Assembly (NCBI GenBank): GCA_964016885.1
Contig: OZ024743.1
Coordinates: forward strand, 281,108,001-281,172,000
Source of the DNA: Eledone cirrhosa
Taxonomy: Eukaryota
Reading direction: 5' to 3'
DNA: 64,000 nucleotides
Below the pieces are notes generated by a model that was given only the letters and a program-made list of their open reading frames with translations, was not told the origin of the DNA and did no database searches. Within the stretch, counting starts at the first letter, position 1, and the number at the start of each line of letters is the position of its first letter. Positions 1 to 13,320 of this stretch are shown piece by piece. The position numbers and the translations under genes are program-made.

Positions 1-385
1 TTGCGATTTGGAGTGGAGAGGGTGAATGTGGCTGATTTGGAGTGGAGAGGGTGAATGTTGCGATTTGGAGTGGAGAGGGTGAATGTTGCTGATTTGGAGT
101 GGAGAGGGTGAATGTGGCTGATTTGGAGTGGAGAGGGTGAATGTTGCGATTTGGAGTGGAGAGGGTGAATGTGGCTGATTTGGAGTGGAGAGGGTTAATG
201 TTGCGATTTGGAGTGGAGAGGGTGAATGTTGCGATTTGGAGTGGAGAGGGTTAAATTCGCTGATTTGGAGTGGAGAGGGTTAATGTTGCTGATTTGGAGT
301 GGAGAGGGTGAATGTTGCGATTTGGAGTGGAGAGGGTTAAATTCGCTGATTTGGAGTGGAGAGGGTTAATGTTGCTGATTCGGGG
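1..385. repeat. 29-30 bp tandem minisatellite (GATTTGGAGTGGAGAGGGTGAATGTTGC), truncated by window start
   Basis: About 13 directly visible units with small variants. Confidence 0.95.
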
Positions 386-614
386 TGGAGAGGGCACCCT
401 ACTCGCCTGTTCTTGAAGCGCCGGGTGTTTCAGGATTGGTCGGGTCCTTGAGTCGCCCCTGGATGGTTCTTCCCACCACCCCTATTGGAGAATTTGTATT
501 GTTATAATGTTATTGCTTTTTATATTGTTTACTCGATTTTTCTGTAAATCCCCCACTGTCTCTGTTTTTGTATTACTCGCAATATGTCGGCCCTTGTGGC
601 CAATAAAGAAATCA
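386..614 (+). mobile_element. 3' UTR/terminus of a Tx1/L1-type LINE
   Basis: Shares GGAGAGGGCAC, CCCTATTGGRGAATTT and CCCTTGTGGYYAATAAAGAAAT with the reverse complement of the LINE 3' end at 26835-27065. Confidence 0.65.
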
Positions 615-968
615 TTTTTTTTTTTATTAATGTTATTCATTAGACCAAGGTTAATATGTGAAGTGAAGCTGAAATAGGACGGGGTGGGTAGATATTGAAG
701 GCACTAGAATTGTAACGCCATTATTGATATAACAAGCACATCAACATCAGTATCATCATCATTAACACCAGCCAACAGCAGCAGCAGCAGCTTCCCTATC
801 ATCATCATCATCATCATCATCACGTTTACCAACCCCTGCAGCAGCAGCAATGGCATTATTATTGTCACCGCTATCGACTTGATCATTATCATATCCAAGA
901 ACATCAGCATCAGCATCAACATCTACATTGTCGTCATCTCAGTTTCTGTCATTATCCCCGTCACCCTC

Positions 969-1000
<32 letters not shown>

Positions 1001-1194
1001 CATCATCACTATCAACATCATGTTTATCATCACCATCATCACTACGATTGTCAAATCAGCCTCTCACCTCATCATCAATTTCAATGTCCTCAGCAGCAGA
1101 AGTAGCAACAGTAATAGCAGCGATAGTACCACACCATTGTATCATCAACAACCACACCATTTCTACATTCCTCCTTCTGTCCATTACCGTTATC

Positions 1195-1715
1195 ACCATC
1201 GCCACCATAGCCATCCATATCATCACCATAGCCATCCATATCATCACCATAGCCATCCATATCATCACCATAGCCATCCATATCATCAACATAGCCATCC
1301 ATATCATCAACATAGCCATCCATATCATCACTATAGCCATCCATATCATCACTATAGCCATCCATATCATCACTATAGCCATCCATATCATCACTATAGC
1401 CATCCTTATCATCACCATAGCCATCCATATCATCACCATCATCCATATCATCACCATAGCCATCCATATCATCACCATAGCCATCCTTATCATCACCATA
1501 GCCATCCATATCATCACCATCATCCATATCATCACCATAGCCATCCATATCATCACCATAGCCATCCTTATCATCACCATAGCCATCCATATCATCACCA
1601 TCATCCATATCATCACCATAGCCATCCATATCATCACCATAGCCATCCATATCATCACCATAGCCATCCATATCATCACCATAGCCATCCATATCATCAT
1701 CATCACCATCATCAC
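1195..1715. repeat. 21-bp minisatellite (CCATAGCCATCCATATCATCA) within a (CAT)n-rich tract
   Basis: Visible tandem units, with 18-bp deletion variants recurring periodically. Confidence 0.93.
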
Positions 1716-1819
1716 AGCATTGCAACTTATTTTTCTGAACGCAGACAGCTGAAACAACCATGGCAACTTTTCTAGCCGACATTCTAACGACTCTACCGCC
1801 ACCTGGTGCAATACACCAA

Positions 1820-1860
1820 CACGATCGTTTCACCGGTTAATCAAGATATCTTCAGACGCC
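1820..1860 (-). ncRNA. Degenerate hammerhead ribozyme core
   Basis: Minus strand reads CTGAAGA-tatcttgattaaccggt-GAAA-cgatcg-T; same palindromic helix III as at 57897 and 60242, but the cleavage nucleotide is G and helix I does not pair. Confidence 0.4.
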
Positions 1861-1969
1861 CGGCATACTCGCAGCGAAGTATAAATAATTATGTATTTTC
1901 TAACCTTAAACTTATGCTATAAATTTGAAAGGTCTATGTCCAAACTCAAATGACAATGAGGATAGAGAG

Positions 1970-2036
1970 GATGTTGTTGTTGTTGTTGATGATGATGATG
2001 ATGATGATGGTGACGATGGTGTAAAGGTAAAGATGG

Positions 2037-2070
<34 letters not shown>

Positions 2071-2146
2071 AAAGATGAGGATGGTGATGATGATGATGAT
2101 GGTGACGATGGTGTAAAGATAAAGATGATGAGGATGATGATTATGC

Positions 2147-2177
<31 letters not shown>

Positions 2178-2396
2178 AAAGATGAAGATGGTAATGATGA
2201 TGATGGTGGTGACGATGGTGTAGATGATGATGGTGACGATGGTGTAAAGATAAAGATGATGATGATGATGATAAAGATGAAGATGGTGATGATGATGATG
2301 GTGGTGACGATGGTGTAAAGATAAAGATGATGATGATGGTGATAAAGATGAAGATGGTGATGATGATGATGGTGGTGACGATGGTGTAAAGATAAA

Positions 2397-2433
<37 letters not shown>

Positions 2434-2458
2434 GTGGTGGTGATAAAGATGAAGATGG

Positions 2459-2506
<48 letters not shown>

Positions 2507-2620
2507 TGACGATGGCGACGATGATGATGATTATCATCATCATCATCATCAGCATGACGTTGACGACGACGAGGGTGAGTAAGATGATGAGGATAATGAT
2601 GATGATGATGAGGAGGAGTG
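1970..2620. repeat. Compound (GAT)n microsatellite with recurring GGTGACGATGGTGTAAAGATAAA cassette
   Basis: Direct reading. Confidence 0.92.
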
Positions 2621-3474
2621 GGAGGGAGAGGGGGAAGAGGATAATGATGGTGGTGGTAAATGTTATGCTAGAAATAGAGATGGTAGTGAAGGTGACAGCA
2701 TGTGGGTGCTAAAGTTGATGATGTTGAATATGGAGACGGAAAAAAAGGGGACAGAGGCGAGAAAATCGGGTAAGGGGCTTCTGGTGATAGAGAAAAATGA
2801 ACAGAGGTTCCTCTGTCCTCATTTTCCCATCTCCAGGGGTACTTTACCCGACTTTCTCAACTAGTATTTATAGTGAGCTACTGTTGTTATGGTCATATGT
2901 GTTGGGGTACACACATTTCAAATTTTTTATTTTACCATTGCTACAAATTTTATCATTACTACTTTATAGCAGAAGCGTTGTTTACGCTTCTGCTATAAAG
3001 TACTATCTCGTGGTGCACGGTCTTTTAATTTTTTTTTACAGTTTAGTCAGAGAAGGAAGGGTAATGTCCATGAAACTTTAATTTTCCTAGGGTTCTAATT
3101 GATGGTGGGGGCGGAAAAGAAGGTATCCTAAAACCGGGGAACGAGTCTGAATACTTCCAACAGGGTAGAGTCCACTATGGACACCCAAAGGCTCTGTGGT
3201 GGTGTTAACACGAATGACAGATTAAGCTTACGACTCAAATAAACTACAGAAGGGTTTCAATTTAGAATACAAAGAACAAGAACAAATTCTGAAGGGCATC
3301 CTATCTAAAGTTGTAACGATTCTGCCACTCTACCGCCCTAGATGGAAAGATGAAATGCAAAATCGACCTAGCTGGATTTGAACTCAGAACGAGCGTAGAA
3401 AAACAAAACAACTTCTACAAAGCATCTTATCTGACCCTCTAACAACTCCTCCACCCTGTCCTCAATAAACAGTG

Positions 3475-3745
3475 GAGACACATGGCCTAGTGGTAAGTAT
3501 GTTGGACTTACGATCATAATGTCGCGGGTTCGATTTCTGGACTAAGTTATGTTGTGTTCTTGAACAAAACATTTCATTTCACGTTGCTCCGATATACTCA
3601 GCTGAAAAGGAATACCATCAATAGCTGTGGGTTTAACTCTGCAATGGACTGGCGTCCTGTCTAGGGAGGAGTCTTGTACACTCAGTTGCTTCACGCCACG
3701 GAAACAAGGATAATCACCAGCCTGTTGAGCTTCTGCGATTGAGAC
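3475..3745 (+). mobile_element. tRNA-derived SINE
   Basis: A box TGGCCTAGTGG (~3483), B box GGTTCGATTTC (~3527), body related to the SINE at 21700-21888. Confidence 0.75.
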
Positions 3746-3769
3746 AGACATTAGACAGTCAATAGATGA

Positions 3770-3990
3770 AAGGTTAAAAATCCAAATTGATCATGATGGG
3801 ATTTGAACTCAGAGCTATCCTACAGAGTCAGAACAAATTTTGCAACGCATCATGTTTGACGCTCTAGCAATTCCGCTAATTTACCGTCTTGGGTGAATGA
3901 ATGAAAAGCAAAACCGACCTCAACGTGATTTGAACTCAAAACGCAGAAAGCACTTTTGTCCAACGCTCTAACGAGTTTACTAAGTCATTG
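3770..3990 (-). mobile_element. Tandem degenerate tRNA-SINE heads (same family at ~3335-3450, 6330-6590, 26635-26790, 38965-39080 on -, and ~18000-18070, 22400-22520 on +)
   Basis: Recurrent GATGAAAGGCAAAGT..ACCTCGG.GGGATTTGAACTC, the reverse complement of a B box GAGTTCAAATCCC. Confidence 0.7.
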
Positions 3991-4534
3991 CCTGCAATAA
4001 TGTGTAATTTCACTTTATTTAATATCAGTTCTCATTTTCTTTTTGACTTTTATAACTAGTTTGTTTATTTCATGTATTTTATTATATATTCAATTCGTGT
4101 TTTTAATCTAACACTTTATGTTTATTTAAAACATCTTTAACTAACATTAATTTTTACTCTATCTAAACATGGATACATCATATACATCTCCTTAACGAAA
4201 ATCCAGTTCTAGGATTTTAAGTCACAATTTAAAGATTAGGTCAGTTTCCTTTCTGCAAGAAAGGATAATTTCAGGAAATTTGAAATGTTCTTTCCTAAAG
4301 AATAACTTTACTTATATCTTATGTAGCCTTGCTGAAGCTTAAGGAAAGATTAATGGATTAGAGAAACATGTCATGAGTGCCTATCTCTCTCACTACTTTC
4401 TCTTATGCACTCTTTTATAGTGGTTATTTTATATATGATCTTCTCAATATTTCCTCTTTCCTTTCTCTCCCATTTTGTTTCAAGTTTTCTAACCACCTTC
4501 CTAAACTTCAACGTCTTTTTCTCTTTCTCTTAGT

Positions 4535-4935
<401 letters not shown>

Positions 4936-5110
4936 GCATGTATGAAAGTAAGTATATATTTATATTAACAGTTTTACTTAATGTTGCACTACCACCGGTT
5001 TTAAGATGTCTTGAAACCAGTAACAATGTGGAATTAAGTAATATAAATATTTTATTTCCATATTATGTGTTGATTGCTCGTGTTTCTGCGCGCGCGCGTG
5101 CGTGTGTGTT

Positions 5111-5233
<123 letters not shown>

Positions 5234-5329
5234 TTTTGTGTATTATTGAAATTTGCTGATATTGAAATTTGCTGTATATTTGAAATTTGCTGAAATTTTG
5301 TGAATAGGCATCATATCTTGTCATTTACC

Positions 5330-5530
5330 TATGGTTTAAATTTCATATAAATCGAAGGGAAAGAATTTTCAGCCGGGGTTTGTGTCCCCGGGGAGCCCTT
5401 TGATTAAAATGAAATATACTTTTCCAAGTACCCTGGGTAATGTGTAGTTTCAGATGGTTATGGGGGTTTATCTCCAAAACCATAGGAGTAGTTCGTGAAC
5501 AAACAGACAGGAATACAACTTTATATATAT
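5330..5530 (-). mobile_element. Helitron-like non-autonomous 5' end fragment
   Basis: Ends ACAAACAGACAG...CTTTATATATA, like the 5' termini of the Helitrons at 21644 and 58200. Confidence 0.45.
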
Positions 5531-5534
5531 ATAT

Positions 5535-5685
5535 ATAACGAAGGAAGTGTGGTAAGGAACCAGATGGAACATAACGCACCAGAGTACTCAATACTTAGGG
5601 TAGTAGAGTGGGTAATAGGAAAATGTTCAAGACCCCGACGGCAGAGCTCAACCATTTCGATGGCTATTTCTGGACTCTTCGGTCC
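5535..5685 (-). mobile_element. PLE pseudo-LTR fragment of family B (related to 41219-41360); carries the 3' half of the HHR
   Basis: AACGAAGGAA.TGTGGTAAGGAACCAG...GTACTCAATACTTAGGGTAGTAGAGTGGGTAATAGG; bounded by (TA)n. Confidence 0.85.
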
Positions 5686-5838
5686 ATATATATATATATT
5701 AGAAAGTGAGGGTTTTTTTTTTACAAAATGAAAAATAACCGAGATGTCCTACACGAGTGAAAGTATATAGAAAAAAAGATGAAATCGAAAATGCAACTGG
5801 AGTCTTATTTTTAAAAAAATATATATATTTATTTGGTT

Positions 5839-5876
5839 CCTTTACCGGTTTCGCAGTTCTTCTGCTTTTCAAAAGT
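5839..5876 (-). ncRNA. Minimal type I hammerhead, U3-A8 variant
   Basis: actt-TTGAAAA-gcag aagaa ctgc-GAAA-ccgg-TA-aagg. Confidence 0.78.
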
Positions 5877-5951
5877 AGAGTTGAGATGGAGGGTCTGTGG
5901 TTTTTCTCACATTTCAGATGAGAAAAACCATAGACCCTCCATCTCAACTCT

Positions 5952-5989
5952 ACTTTTGAAAAGCAGAAGAACTGCGAAACCGGTAAAGG
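5952..5989 (+). ncRNA. Minimal type I hammerhead, U3-A8 variant
   Basis: actt-TTGAAAA-gcag aagaa ctgc-GAAA-ccgg-TA-aagg. Confidence 0.78.
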
Positions 5990-6058
5990 AACCAAATAAA
6001 TATATATATTTTTTTAAAAATAAGACTCCAGTTGCATTTTCGATTTCATTTTTTTTTC

Positions 6059-6170
<112 letters not shown>

Positions 6171-7256
6171 TTTATGTATATATATATATGTGTGTGTGTG
6201 TATGTATGTATGTATATGCGGTGCCCCAGCATGGTCTCAGTCTGTCAGCTGGAACACATAATAGAGCAATAGAGTAATAGAGTAATACATATATATTGTA
6301 AGTAAGAAATGACAATGATATTAATAATTGTTTCTACTTTTGGCACAAGGCCAGCAATTAACCCAGTGTATTACTGGTACTTTATCATCCGTAAGGATGA
6401 AAGGCAAAGTTAATCTCGGTGGGATTTGAACAATGATATTAATAATGGTTTCTGATTTAGGCACAAGGTCAGCAATTTAAAGATAGAAAAGTCGATTAAA
6501 TCGACCCCAGTGCGTGACTGGTACTTTATTTTATCAACACCGTAAAGATGAAAGGCTAAGCTAACCTCGGTGGGATTTGAACTCAATAATCTTTATCTAT
6601 TATTTAGTCACTGAGTACCATTGCATTCATCCATACAATTGCATAAAACGTTAATACTAAGAGGAGTTACAAAAAATATATTTGACGAAGCTACCACCGT
6701 TGGTGCTTTTGGAACGACAATTTCCAGAACCTTCACTTGTTGCTTCCTTTTGTTTTTTGTTTTGTTTTCTCTTGTTTTTTCAAAGTTTGAAAGCTCTGAA
6801 GTGACTCTTGCTGCCACAAGTATAACAGCTAGGCCTTTAGTCATGTACCACCAGTCTCGTCGCTTTAGTATCTGCCCTCATGACAGGGCATTGCTCTGTA
6901 ATGGCCCGGTGATCTTGAGGAGTCATAAGGACATAAGTTTATACTAAGCTCTCCCGATCGAATGTTGGTTTTCGTAACCTCCGCCCTTACCATACACCTA
7001 TATTATTCCACAACGCTGAGTACAAGTCAGGGGTGAATATCACTATTAATATCACATAGACTCTCACATTTATCAAAACAAGTACTTTTGCTGAATAAAG
7101 CATGTGTATGTAGTACGAAAGTGTAACTGCTTTTGCATTGTTGTTGTTGCTGTTGTTGCTATTGCTGTTATAGTCGTAGCTGTTGCCAATCGGGACATCA
7201 AAGTCGGGCCTTGCTTCGGTCAATGGATGAGATACTTCCTTATACATAATCTAGAG

Positions 7257-7277
7257 CAGAGGTTCTCAAACATTTAG

Positions 7278-7308
<31 letters not shown>

Positions 7309-7608
7309 CTTCACGGCCACGTAACACCCTCAACGCCCCCACCCCTATTTCCAGAGAGACCTACCTACACGCAAATTTTAAATAATATATATAAATAAAA
7401 TCGTTAATTTATATATGATAAATAATATAATATATACTATGTATGAATAAATATATATTTTTTATTTTGCTATATTCATATATAATATGTATCATTTGAT
7501 ATTTAATATACTATTATATCATCTCTACCACCCCTGGGCCTTCTTATCTCAACGCCCGCCGAGGGTGGCGGGGGGTGGATGGCGTAGCGCCCACTCTGAG
7601 AACCTCTG
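7257..7608. mobile_element. hAT (Charlie-type) MITE
   Basis: TIRs CAGAGGTTCTCA/TGAGAACCTCTG; perfect 8-bp TSD ATCTAGAG at 7249-7256 and 7609-7616. Confidence 0.92.
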
Positions 7609-7885
7609 ATCTAGAGCTTCTCTCAATTGCACCTTTGATGATATAGTAAATAGTGATATCCACTTTTATCGAGGCAACAGACACGTTGGCTTTCTTGTTA
7701 ATCACTCCGAAATATGTCTCTCGAACACTGTTACAAACATTGCGGACACAATGTTTCCAAAGCTTCTCATTTTGGGCTTTGTACATATTTTTAAAAAATC
7801 CTATCTATATGGACAAAACTTCTTTATTTCACAAGTTCATTGGATAAAGCTGGTGTATGTGCGAGAGTGTTGCTGCTGCTGTTGT

Positions 7886-7956
<71 letters not shown>

Positions 7957-8100
7957 CTGCTAGTTATGGCATCAAAGTCATTTTCTCAAAATGTCATATT
8001 TTTCTTTTAAAAAGTATGTGTCTGTGCGAAGTATTCGTGATTATGTCCATCTTTGGTTTATATAATATTTGCAGAAATAATATTCGGATTTTACTTTCAG

Positions 8101-8113
8101 GGGACGCAACCTT
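8101..8113 (+). other. Candidate 13-nt host microexon
   Basis: TTTTACTTTCAG|GGGACGCAACCTT|GTGAGT, strong acceptor and donor consensus. Confidence 0.3.
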
Positions 8114-8229
8114 GTGAGTACATGCAACTACTTGACTACAAAAGTTTTAATAAAATGTATTTTTGCAATATTTGTTCTATACCGAATTATAAACACTCTA
8201 TTCGTTCTCTCTCTCTCTCTCTCTCACTG

Positions 8230-8332
<103 letters not shown>

Positions 8333-8399
8333 AAAGAGATGAAATCGAAAATGCAACTGGAGTCTTATTTTTTTTTTAAATATATATATTTATTTGGTT

Positions 8400-8437
8400 C
8401 CTTTACCGGTTTCGCAGTTCTTCTGCTTTTCAAAAGG
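8400..8437 (-). ncRNA. Minimal type I hammerhead, U3-A8 variant
   Basis: cctt-TTGAAAA-gcag aagaa ctgc-GAAA-ccgg-TA-aagg. Confidence 0.8.
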
Positions 8438-8696
8438 TGAGTTGAAATGGAGGGTCTGTGGTTTTTCTCACATCTGGTTGGTCTCTGAATGTTACTTGTT
8501 TTATATGGAAAAAGTGGCTCGAAATGCCAGGTTTTTCGAGAAGTAATTTGATTGGTTTGTCAATAATTATAATAAATTTCGCGCCAGTTCGCGTTACAAT
8601 AGTTCTTCAAATAAGAGGGAGGGGGGTTGTCACAGGTTGTTTTTTCATATATGAGTGTTTGAATTTCTTTTTACTTGAAAAAAGGAGGCTCACGAA

Positions 8697-9160
8697 GGGG
8701 ATCGTTGTGTAGAGATTCACTACATCGAAAGACACAATAATAGTGTCGTTGTTGACATGTTTGGGGAGGTGGTTTAAGAGGTCCAGATCGTCTCTTACAA
8801 GGCTTGGTATGTGTTTCAGTATTGGTTTCAGTAGTATGTCTATAAAGTTGCTCAATCTGTGTGTTTCACATTGTGGGCCCGCTACAATTGGTCTTAATTT
8901 AAGGTCTGTGGGGTATTGTGTGTTCACGCAGGCTGAGGTGGATTGTTTACAGGCATCGTTGATTATTTTACACTTGTGGATCTTCGGAAGTCCGTAAAGG
9001 TTGCTGGTTTTGTATTCAAAATTTGTTAAATAACCACGTTCCTTTTTAGTTAGGTCTTCCTGGTATCAATAAATCAGTGTGTTTAATTTGGTCATTATTT
9101 TTGATTGCTGGTAGTTTTTTACTCTTTCATAGTAATTAGTATTTTGTAAGTGCACATCTA
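8697..9160 (-). pseudogene. PLE reverse transcriptase fragment
   Basis: YGLPKIHK ... LKLRPIVAGP ... IDILLKP ... SFDVVNLYTTIP. Confidence 0.88.
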
Positions 9161-10313
9161 GACATTTGCGCAAGTAATAAGACACCCAAATTCCAAGTCT
9201 TCCCATTTTACCTTTGCGCTAACAATACAACAGAACAAATGCGAATAAATAAGGAAAATATGTTTATTCAAAAATATAGACCAACATTAAATAAGGTTTA
9301 ATATACATTATGTCAACACCATAATATGACATACACACACACATAATACCTTCTACTTTAGAAAATAAAAACCCGAACTAAATAAACCTTAACATACGTT
9401 TGCACTGACAATACAACAGCAAACACGAATAAGTAAGGAAAATATGTTCATTCAAAAATATTCCTACTAAAGGAATCACTTTCCTACACACACACATACA
9501 CACACACAATATATATATATTCTTTTCATCTTAACATGCTAACCTTACTCCCACACACATAATACCCATACACACACATAACAACCCCCACACCTACAAC
9601 TCCCTCCCCATTTCTACTAATAGAACCACTTTCCTACACACATATATATATACATACACACAAAATATATATTCTCTCCATCTTAACATACTCGCACACA
9701 CACACATAACACCCATATACACACACACACAACTCCCTCCCCCATCTCTACTAATAGAATCATCTTCCAATACGCACATACACACACACACACACACAGG
9801 CACACAAATAAACATACATATCTTCACTTCAATAGAAAATCTGAACTCTGACACCCCAGCGAACTAACCATATTCACTGAACCAGAACAATTCTCCCAAT
9901 CCCTTTTCTCTTGACCACTATCTCTCCATTGTCATAACATTCACTATAAAGACTACAGAATAGTTTTCCAAATAAGGGCGCAAAAATGTAATGAAAACTT
10001 GTTCACGTGACAGCCAAATTTCATTTATAACCAACCAAAAAAAAGCCTTCGTGAGCCTCCTTTTTTCAAGTAAAAAGAAATTCAAACACTCATATATGAA
10101 AAAACAACCTGTGACAACCCCCCCCCCCCCTCCCTCTTATTTGAAGAACTATTGTAACGCGAACTGGCGCGAAATTTATTATAATTATTGACAAACCAAT
10201 CAAATTACTTCTCGAAAAACCTGGCATTTCGAGCCACTTTTTCCATATAAAACAAGTAACATTCAGAGACCAACCAGATGGGAGAAAAACCACAGACCCT
10301 CCATCTCAACTCA

Positions 10314-10351
10314 CCTTTTGAAAAGCAGAAGAACTGCGAAACCGGTAAAGG
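10314..10351 (+). ncRNA. Minimal type I hammerhead, U3-A8 variant
   Basis: cctt(10314)-TTGAAAA-gcag aagaa ctgc-GAAA(10338)-ccgg-TA-aagg. Confidence 0.8.
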
Positions 10352-10482
10352 AACCAAATAAATATATATATTTTTAAAAAAAATAAGACTCCAGTTGCAT
10401 TTTCGATTTCATCTCTTTTTCTTTATACTTTCACTCCTGTAGGACACCTCGGTTATTTTTCATTTTGTAAAAGAAACCTCAC

Positions 10483-10546
<64 letters not shown>

Positions 10547-10679
10547 AAAAGAATAAACACTTGTAGTTCTAAACAATTTTATAAAATTATGATTTGGTAG
10601 ATCTAGTCTAGAACTACAAGTGAAGTCTTTTTTACCTTTTTTTAAATATATATAACTGTACCAAGGATTTCACACTGGT

Positions 10680-10740
10680 TTAGTTCGGATCTAGCTGTCG
10701 AAACGGCCGGAGCTCCGCCGTCGGGGTCCTGACTCTTTTC

Positions 10741-10743
<3 letters not shown>
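10680..10743 (+). mobile_element. PLE family-B-like pLTR end with 3' half of HHR (similar pieces at 18462-18612 - and 23436-23480 +)
   Basis: GTCGAAACGGCCGGAGCTCCGCCGTCGGGGTCC followed by (TA)n. Confidence 0.75.
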
Positions 10744-10778
<35 letters not shown>

Positions 10779-10782
<4 letters not shown>

Positions 10783-11071
10783 TTTCGCTCTACATGGCTG
10801 AATACAATCAATGTAATCTGAGTTTTTCGAATATTAATAATAACATTCGATTCGTTTGCAATTATGCAAACAAGCCTCATTTTTAAAGCCATGTCAGTAG
10901 AATGAACCCTTCATTCTTGCTCTTGTGTTGGTATGTAAACTGTTTACATGCCAACACAAGAGCAAGAATGAAAGTTCATTCTGCTGACATGGCTTTAAAA
11001 ATGAGGCTTGTATGCATAATTGCAAACGAATCGAATGTTATTATTAATATTCGAAAAGCTCAGATTACATT

Positions 11072-11072
<1 letters not shown>
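10779..11072. repeat. Near-perfect ~130-bp-arm palindrome between (TA)n tracts
   Basis: Arms ~10810-10940 and ~10942-11071 centred on GTAAAC-T-GTTTAC; ~30-nt extension on the left. Confidence 0.9.
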
Positions 11073-11105
<33 letters not shown>

Positions 11106-11106
11106 C

Positions 11107-11184
<78 letters not shown>

Positions 11185-11684
11185 TTCTCTCACTGCCTCT
11201 CACTCAGTGCCTCTGTCTCTCTCTCTTTCTTTCTTTCTTTCTCTGCCTTTCACCATACCATATAGTGCTGAGAACCAGTGGTTATATCGTTGTGGCCAGC
11301 GACATCTCTTGTTCAGAGAATGTGTTATTAAATACGTATGTAAATAAATAAATAAATTTATGATGGGATCCAGTAGACGGATTAGAACCGTCTTCGTCCA
11401 AATTTCTGGCTTAGTGCCACCAAAGTTATAAATACGTATATAATCTAAAACTGTTTCTGCGGAGTCTATTTTCAGTCTATTTAAATGATAAGTTGGTCTT
11501 CTTAGGATTTCAATATAAAATGTTATTTTTTACTTGTTATAGTTCACGATATACATTTTTGTATTTAATTTTTAACTATATTTTTTCCTTCAAAATGTCA
11601 GTGTAAAGCCGCCTCCTATAGAGTGAACTTTATATCCACGTATAGACATATTTTGTGTATTTGTGTGTGAATGTATTTATGACA

Positions 11685-11722
<38 letters not shown>

Positions 11723-11932
11723 TATACTTGTTGTTTGGATGAGACGTTGTATACGCGTGCTTTGGTGTACTATACAGTTATACACACGTATATACACATA
11801 TACACTTATATATATATATGTGTGTGTGTGTGTGCATAAATTTATATATATATATATATATAGACACATACACACACAAACATATATATATATATATATA
11901 TATATAAATGAAAGGTATCGAAAAACATTGTA

Positions 11933-12013
<81 letters not shown>

Positions 12014-12118
12014 CATACATATATATATATATATAATATATATATATATATATAATATATATATATATATATAATATATATAAATATATATATATATATT
12101 ATATATTATATATATATA

Positions 12119-12198
<80 letters not shown>

Positions 12199-12559
12199 CG
12201 TCTCGCCTTCAGCGGTATATTAATAATGAATCAATAATCAGACATTTTGTTTTTATTTCTATTTTTACACTTTTCAGTATGATAGAAGGGTTTCTTGGTG
12301 GAGTTTCTCGGTGGAATCTCGGAACACGAACACCACTTAAATAAACAAACACCCACCTTTAAATACATATGTAAACAACTAAATAACCGAATAAATACAT
12401 TATGTACCATGCTAAGTAATTTATGATATAATATGTCTACGTGAGTGTGGTGCGTGTGAATGTGTGTATGTATATTATATCATATATTATTTATCATGGT
12501 ACATAATTTATTATGATATAACATGTCTATCTGAGTGCTTATACGTGTGTGCCTGAATG

Positions 12560-12596
<37 letters not shown>

Positions 12597-12677
12597 GTGT
12601 GTGTGTGTGTAAGTGTGTGATTGTGTGTGTATGTCAAATCAGTGGCTTGTTACTCTAAAGTTTCATCTGTATGTTTA

Positions 12678-13320
12678 CAGGGTCATCAGACAGTTCTATA
12701 TGAAATCTGTAGAAAATGTTACATACTTGTTGGGGTTCAATTGCTAATCACCCTCAAAGTAGGACCCTTGTGCCTCCACACCCTTAGCTTAGCGATCTTT
12801 CCGCTGTTCGAAAGAGGGCTGGAACGCTTCTCGCGAAACATCTTTCAGTGCTGCCTCCATGGTTCGCACGATGTCCTCTCAATTCTCAAAGCGGGAGCCT
12901 ATCAGTGGTATCTTCATTTTGGGGGAACAGTCAGATATCAGAAGGAGCCTTGTTTAGAGAGCGGGGAGCCTAGCGAATGAGCGAAATGCTTTTCTTCGCC
13001 AAGAAACCATGGGTCAGCTGTGTCGAATGAGTTGGGGCGTTATCATGATGCAAGTGCCAGTTTTGCGAGGCCCACATTTCTGGTTTCTTGTAACTATTTG
13101 TCCTTGTTGAGCGTGTTCGTGATGCACAACGCCTCGGTAGTCGAAAGACAGTCAGAATCGCCTTGATTTTGCTCCACACTAACGTGCCTTTGGAGTCCTA
13201 GGCAATGTTGAATGCTTCCACTTTGATGACTGAGCTTCGGTTTCGGGGTCGTACCCGTACATCTACGTTTGATCTCTAGTTATCAGGGTATTTAGTAACT
13301 CAGGTTCCTTGTTGGCATTA
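12678..13320 (-). pseudogene. Decayed mariner transposase and right end
   Basis: WHLHHDNAPTHST (second catalytic D motif) and C-terminal CVEAQGSYFEGD. Confidence 0.85.

Noticed and set aside
704-2712. His-, Asp- or Ile-rich ORFs up to 298 aa
   Set aside because: Open frames on both strands of (CAT)n/(GAT)n repeats; no independent coding evidence
3475-3560. tRNA gene
   Set aside because: A/B boxes run into a SINE body; no intact cloverleaf
11440-11510. Minus-strand CTAAGAAG...GAAACAGTT hammerhead-like string
   Set aside because: The core is mutated and the helices are unconvincing
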